From Nitrospirota bacterium (GTDB lineage Bacteria; Nitrospirota; Nitrospiria; 2-01-FULL-66-17): a stretch of DNA of 64,000 bases. Positions 60,024 to 64,000 of this stretch are shown here, piece after piece; position 1 is the stretch's first letter; every line of letters starts with the position of its first letter. The stretch spans positions 66,202 through 130,201 of the forward strand of contig JBMOMC010000043.1 of assembly GCA_049325335.1 (NCBI GenBank), read 5' to 3'. The notes beneath the pieces are model-generated. The model saw only the letters and a list, made by a program, of their open reading frames with translations, was not told the origin of the DNA and made no database searches. The position numbers and the translations under genes are program-made.

Positions 60024-61527
60024 TATGACGGGCGGTTGGAGACGGTGGGCCAAAGGGGCCGCGATCACCTTGTGCTCCGCGCTGGTCGCGTGCGGCGGCG
60101 GAGGGGGTGGTGGGGGCGGCAACAACTCCGGCGGAGGCGTTCAGATTTCGCCGAGTAATGCCACGGTCCCTGCCGGCGGACGTTTGCAGTTTACCGGCCC
60201 GAGCGGATCAACGACGTGGTCGGTCGACAACATCCCGGGCGGGTCGTTGTCCGTCGGGGGCATCAGCGGAACCGGCTTGTATCTGGCCCCGGTCAAGGTC
60301 CCCAGCGCCAATACCGTGGCCGACCCTCAGGTATCAGCCGCGCTGACGATCACGGCCGACGGGGCGGACAATGCCGCGACCGTGACGTTGGTCAGCCGGT
60401 TCGAGGCTCCATCCACGCTCAATGTGTGTGCACCCGGACCGTGCTCCGCCGAACGGCCCAACGCGGTAGTGATGGCGGATCTCAATTCCGATGGTCGTTC
60501 CGATATCGCGACGGCAAATGTAGGGACCGGGACTGTGTCCGTGCTCCAATCCGTGGCCGCCGGTTCCTTTGCCGCGCCGCTTCGCTACGACGTGGGCGAT
60601 GCATTCGTCTCGGAGCCCCAAGCTCTGGCAGCGGCGTACGTTGACGGCGATGTGGTGATGGATCTGGTGATGGCGGACGCGAACTTTTCCGACCCCTCGG
60701 TATCGGTTCGCTTGGGAAACGGGGATGGAACGTTACAGGCCGAACAGAAGGCGGGCCTTCCGCCAGGGAGTGATCCATTGTCCATGGCGACGGGCGTATT
60801 GATGAACGGCGACTTGATGCGCGACGTCGTGATCGCCAATTTTTCCGCCAACAGCGTGATGGTGCTCACCGGCGACGGGTCGGGGCAGCTTGTAGCGCCG
60901 ACGCCGATATTGGCGGGTTATGTTGATGGCCCTTTAGGCGTAGCGGTCGGCGATTTGAACCACGACGGGTTGGATGATGTCGTGATCGCGAACAGCGGCG
61001 TGATGACGGGATCTCCGGGGGCTGGGTTAGTGGTTGGACTCAACGCGGCGTCGGATCCGTTCGCGACTCCTGGAAACTATCCCGTGGCCGGCTCCCCGAG
61101 CGCGGTCGCGCTGGCAGACCTGAATGCGGACGGTTATCTGGACGCCTTGGTGACGGACGCTGCCGGGTACACCTTGACTGTGTTTCTGAATCAGAAGACA
61201 TCGGGATCCGCGACGATCTTGCTCGAATCGCCGGCCGGGCCCATCCAGACCGGCCGGGAACCCATTGCCGTTGCCGCCGCGGATATCAACCTCGATGGAG
61301 CTCAGGACGTGGTGGTTGCCAATCGCCAAGACAATTCCGTGACGATCTACTTCGGCCTGAACGACGGCACGCTCGCGCTTGCCGAAACGTATCGGGTGGG
61401 CGCGGCGCCTCAGGCCGTGGCCATGGGCGACGTGGACGCGGACGGCTGGTTCGATCTGGCGGTGGTCAATCGCGACGACGGCACCGTGTCGGTGTTGCAT
61501 AACCGTGGCGGCGCGACGACCCCCTGA
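60016..61527 (+). CDS. FG-GAP/VCBS-repeat lipoprotein with an Ig-like N-terminal domain
   Basis: LVAC lipobox plus poly-Gly; repeated D.N.DG..D motifs. Confidence 0.85.
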   Translation: MRNMTGGWRRWAKGAAITLCSALVACGGGGGGGGGNNSGGGVQISPSNATVPAGGRLQFTGPSGSTTWSVDNIPGGSLSVGGISGTGLYLAPVKVPSANTVADPQVSAALTITADGADNAATVTLVSRFEAPSTLNVCAPGPCSAERPNAVVMADLNSDGRSDIATANVGTGTVSVLQSVAAGSFAAPLRYDVGDAFVSEPQALAAAYVDGDVVMDLVMADANFSDPSVSVRLGNGDGTLQAEQKAGLPPGSDPLSMATGVLMNGDLMRDVVIANFSANSVMVLTGDGSGQLVAPTPILAGYVDGPLGVAVGDLNHDGLDDVVIANSGVMTGSPGAGLVVGLNAASDPFATPGNYPVAGSPSAVALADLNADGYLDALVTDAAGYTLTVFLNQKTSGSATILLESPAGPIQTGREPIAVAAADINLDGAQDVVVANRQDNSVTIYFGLNDGTLALAETYRVGAAPQAVAMGDVDADGWFDLAVVNRDDGTVSVLHNRGGATTP

Positions 61528-61612
61528 CAGGTTTGACATCACCCCGTTGTCTTGATAGGGTACGCCCGGCGCGCGGGGCGGCCCGCGCAGACTGATTTGG
61601 TATCCTGAGGGT

Positions 61613-62572
61613 ATGCCCACCGTTCTTGTCACCGGAAACGCGGGGTTCATCGGATCGCACTTGACCGAACGCCTGTTGGCCTTGGGCCACGCGGTGGTCG
61701 GGTTCGATAATTTCGATCCGTTCTACGACCCCGCGATCAAACGCCGAAATCTCGCGACCGCGTCATCGCACCCCCGCTTCACGTTGATCGAGGGCGATCT
61801 GCGTCGTCGGGAAGACGTGGACGCGCTGTTTGTCGGGCGACGGATCGACCGCATCTTTCACGGCGCCGCGCGCGCGGGCGTTCGCCCGTCGCTCAAGGAC
61901 CCCCTGTTGTACGAAGACGTGAACGTGCGCGGCACGCTCCACCTCTTGGAAGCCGCCACGCGGCATCGCGTGGGGAATTTCGTGTTCGCGTCGTCCTCGT
62001 CGGTGTACGGCGAGCAAAAGAAGGTGCCGTTTTCCGAAACCGACCCGGTGGATCATCCGATTTCGCCGTACGCGGCCACCAAGAAGGCGTGCGAGTTGAT
62101 GTGTTTTACCTACCATCATCTGTACGGCCTGCCCATGACGTGCCTGCGCTTTTTCACGGTGTACGGCCCGCGCCAGCGACCGGAGATGGCCATTCACGCG
62201 TTCACCCGGGCGATCGCGCGCGGGGAGCCGCTGAAATTGTTCGGGGACGGCAGCGCGCGACGGGATTTTACGTACATCGACGACATCATCGCGGGCGTGA
62301 TTGCGGCGCTCGACCGGCCGCACCCCTACGAGGTCATCAACTTGGGCGAGTCGCAGACCGTCGCGGTACGGGACGTGATCGCGCGCTTGGAGCGATTACT
62401 CGGCACACCCGCGACCGTGCAGGCCTTGCCGCCGGAGCCCGGCGACGTGCCCGTGACGTACGCGGACGTGTCCAAGGCCAAGACCCTGTTGGATTATGCG
62501 CCGTCAACCTCGATCGACGACGGCCTGACGCGTTTTGTCGCGTGGTATCGCGAGACCGCGATCGGCATGTAA
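61613..62572 (+). CDS. NAD-dependent epimerase (UDP-glucuronate 4-epimerase-like)
   Basis: TG.AGFIG, ASSSSVYG, YAATK, FFTVYGP..RP.MA. Confidence 0.88.
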   Translation: MPTVLVTGNAGFIGSHLTERLLALGHAVVGFDNFDPFYDPAIKRRNLATASSHPRFTLIEGDLRRREDVDALFVGRRIDRIFHGAARAGVRPSLKDPLLYEDVNVRGTLHLLEAATRHRVGNFVFASSSSVYGEQKKVPFSETDPVDHPISPYAATKKACELMCFTYHHLYGLPMTCLRFFTVYGPRQRPEMAIHAFTRAIARGEPLKLFGDGSARRDFTYIDDIIAGVIAALDRPHPYEVINLGESQTVAVRDVIARLERLLGTPATVQALPPEPGDVPVTYADVSKAKTLLDYAPSTSIDDGLTRFVAWYRETAIGM

Positions 62573-62591
62573 CGTGTAGAATGGACCTGAT

Positions 62592-63521
62592 ATGCGAATC
62601 TTAGTGACGGGCGGGGCGGGGTTCATCGGATCGCACTTGGTGGATCGCTTGATCGAGGAAGGGCACGATGTCTCGATCGTGGACGATCTGTCCACCGGGA
62701 AGAAAAAGAACCTCAACCCCAAGGCGGAATTTTTTAAGCTCGACATCCTGAGTCCGAAAATCGAACGCGTGTTCGGCAAACAGCGGCCGGAGGCGGTCTT
62801 TCATCTGGCCGCGCAGATGGATGTGCGCCGGTCGGTGAAAGACCCCATCTTTGACGGACAGGTCAATATCCTGGGCACTGTGAACCTGTTGGAGCAGGCG
62901 GTCAAGATCGGGACCAAACGCGTGATCTTTGCGTCCTCCGGCGGCGCGATTTACGGCGAACAAGAACGATTTCCCGCGACCGAGGAGCACCCCACGCACC
63001 CGGTCAGTCCCTATGGGATCAGCAAGCTGGCGGCGGAGCACTACCTGTATTACTACGGCAAGACCTACGGCCTCCAGTGGGCCAGTATGCGATTCGCCAA
63101 CGTGTACGGCCCGCGCCAGGACCCGTTCGGGGAAGCAGGGGTGGTTGCGATCTTCACGCTCAAGTTGCTGCAGAACGAACAACCCGTGATCAACGGCACC
63201 GGCAAACAGACGCGCGATTATGTGGCGGTGGACGACGTGGTGGAAGCCAACATGGCGGTGCTCAACAGCGGGGTGAACGACACGTTCAACGTGGGCACCG
63301 GCCAGGAGACCTCGGTGAATCAACTGTTCCACCTGCTGGCGGAGGCGGTCGGGTCTCCGACCAAAGAGCGGTTCGGGCCCGAACGCCGGGGCGAACAACT
63401 GCGTAGTTGCCTGGACGCGGGCAAGCTGTCCCGGGCCGTGGATTGGGAGCCGCGGTTGAGTCTGGCCGCGGGCCTGAAAAAAACCGTGGAGTACTTCCGC
63501 GAATCGGTGAAGGACCGATGA
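62592..63521 (+). CDS. NAD-dependent epimerase (UDP-glucose 4-epimerase-like)
   Basis: TGGAGFIG, SSGGAIYG, YGISK, GEAGVVAIF. Confidence 0.88.
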   Translation: MRILVTGGAGFIGSHLVDRLIEEGHDVSIVDDLSTGKKKNLNPKAEFFKLDILSPKIERVFGKQRPEAVFHLAAQMDVRRSVKDPIFDGQVNILGTVNLLEQAVKIGTKRVIFASSGGAIYGEQERFPATEEHPTHPVSPYGISKLAAEHYLYYYGKTYGLQWASMRFANVYGPRQDPFGEAGVVAIFTLKLLQNEQPVINGTGKQTRDYVAVDDVVEANMAVLNSGVNDTFNVGTGQETSVNQLFHLLAEAVGSPTKERFGPERRGEQLRSCLDAGKLSRAVDWEPRLSLAAGLKKTVEYFRESVKDR

Positions 63522-64000
63522 CCGGTCGATCCGCACGGCGGTCGTGGACCAGGGGCGCGGCGTGGCTCGTCGTGTTCGTCCTCGCGGTCGGGTGCACGCC
63601 CCGGTCCGTGCGCGTGGCGGACCAATTCGCGCGCGAGGGAAACTGGGACGGCGCGATCTTGATCTATCAGGAAGCCGTGGCCAAGCGGCCGGACGACGCG
63701 GCGCTGCAGGACAAATTCAATCGCGCCAAAGAGCAGGCCGCCAAACGCCATCACGAGCGCGGCGAGGCGTTATTGGAACAACAGGCCTGGCCCCAGGCGG
63801 TGGAAGCCCTCAAACAGGCCGTGGCGTTGGCGCCCAACACCGAGGCATATCGGGTCACACTCAGTCGCGGCGTCAAACTCAAGGACGCGGAAGACCGGTA
63901 CCAAGCCGGCCTGCAACTGCTCAAAACCGAAAAATATCAAGACGCGACTCGCGAGTTTGAACGCGCGGTGGAGTTATCGCCGAGCCACGCGGGCGCGGCC
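63518..64000 (+). CDS. TPR lipoprotein, 3'-truncated by the window edge (possibly a secretin N-terminus)
   Basis: Not in the ORF track; ATGA overlap with the epimerase; MTGRS..VLAVGC lipobox then TPR helices, open to the window end. Confidence 0.65.
   Translation, partial: MTGRSARRSWTRGAAWLVVFVLAVGCTPRSVRVADQFAREGNWDGAILIYQEAVAKRPDDAALQDKFNRAKEQAAKRHHERGEALLEQQAWPQAVEALKQAVALAPNTEAYRVTLSRGVKLKDAEDRYQAGLQLLKTEKYQDATREFERAVELSPSHAGAA

Overview
GC-rich bacterial chromosomal window. Gene content and order (rplM-rpsI-argC-argJ; FAH-dapL-folK-dNK-panC; hpnCD) suggest Nitrospirota or a related deltaproteobacteria-like lineage; this is an inference only. Housekeeping blocks alternate with accessory modules. 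(1) A sigma54-preceded porin-multiheme cytochrome operon of PCC3-like layout: a 14-heme tandem-repeat cytochrome, a TPR/beta-barrel lipoprotein, a cytoplasmic Rieske protein, a His-bearing inner-membrane protein and a 24-heme cytochrome. (2) An apparently leaderless, CmtR/ArsR-controlled mer-like operon (merF-merT-merP-merB) that ends in an AhpD/CMD protein with a C-terminal Cys-Cys, with no merA or merR in the window. (3) A RAYT-type HUH transposase gene bracketed by 32-bp inverted repeats. (4) A PNPOx / PNPOx-GAF-HTH / monoheme cytochrome c module with a palindromic operator candidate. (5) A macro-domain pseudogene. Also present: tRNA-Glu(CTC), GTAG-type REP palindromes, sigma54 and sigma28 promoter matches, and several c-di-GMP-related proteins. 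No CRISPR array or rRNA was seen. All calls are by motif recognition; no database searches were run.
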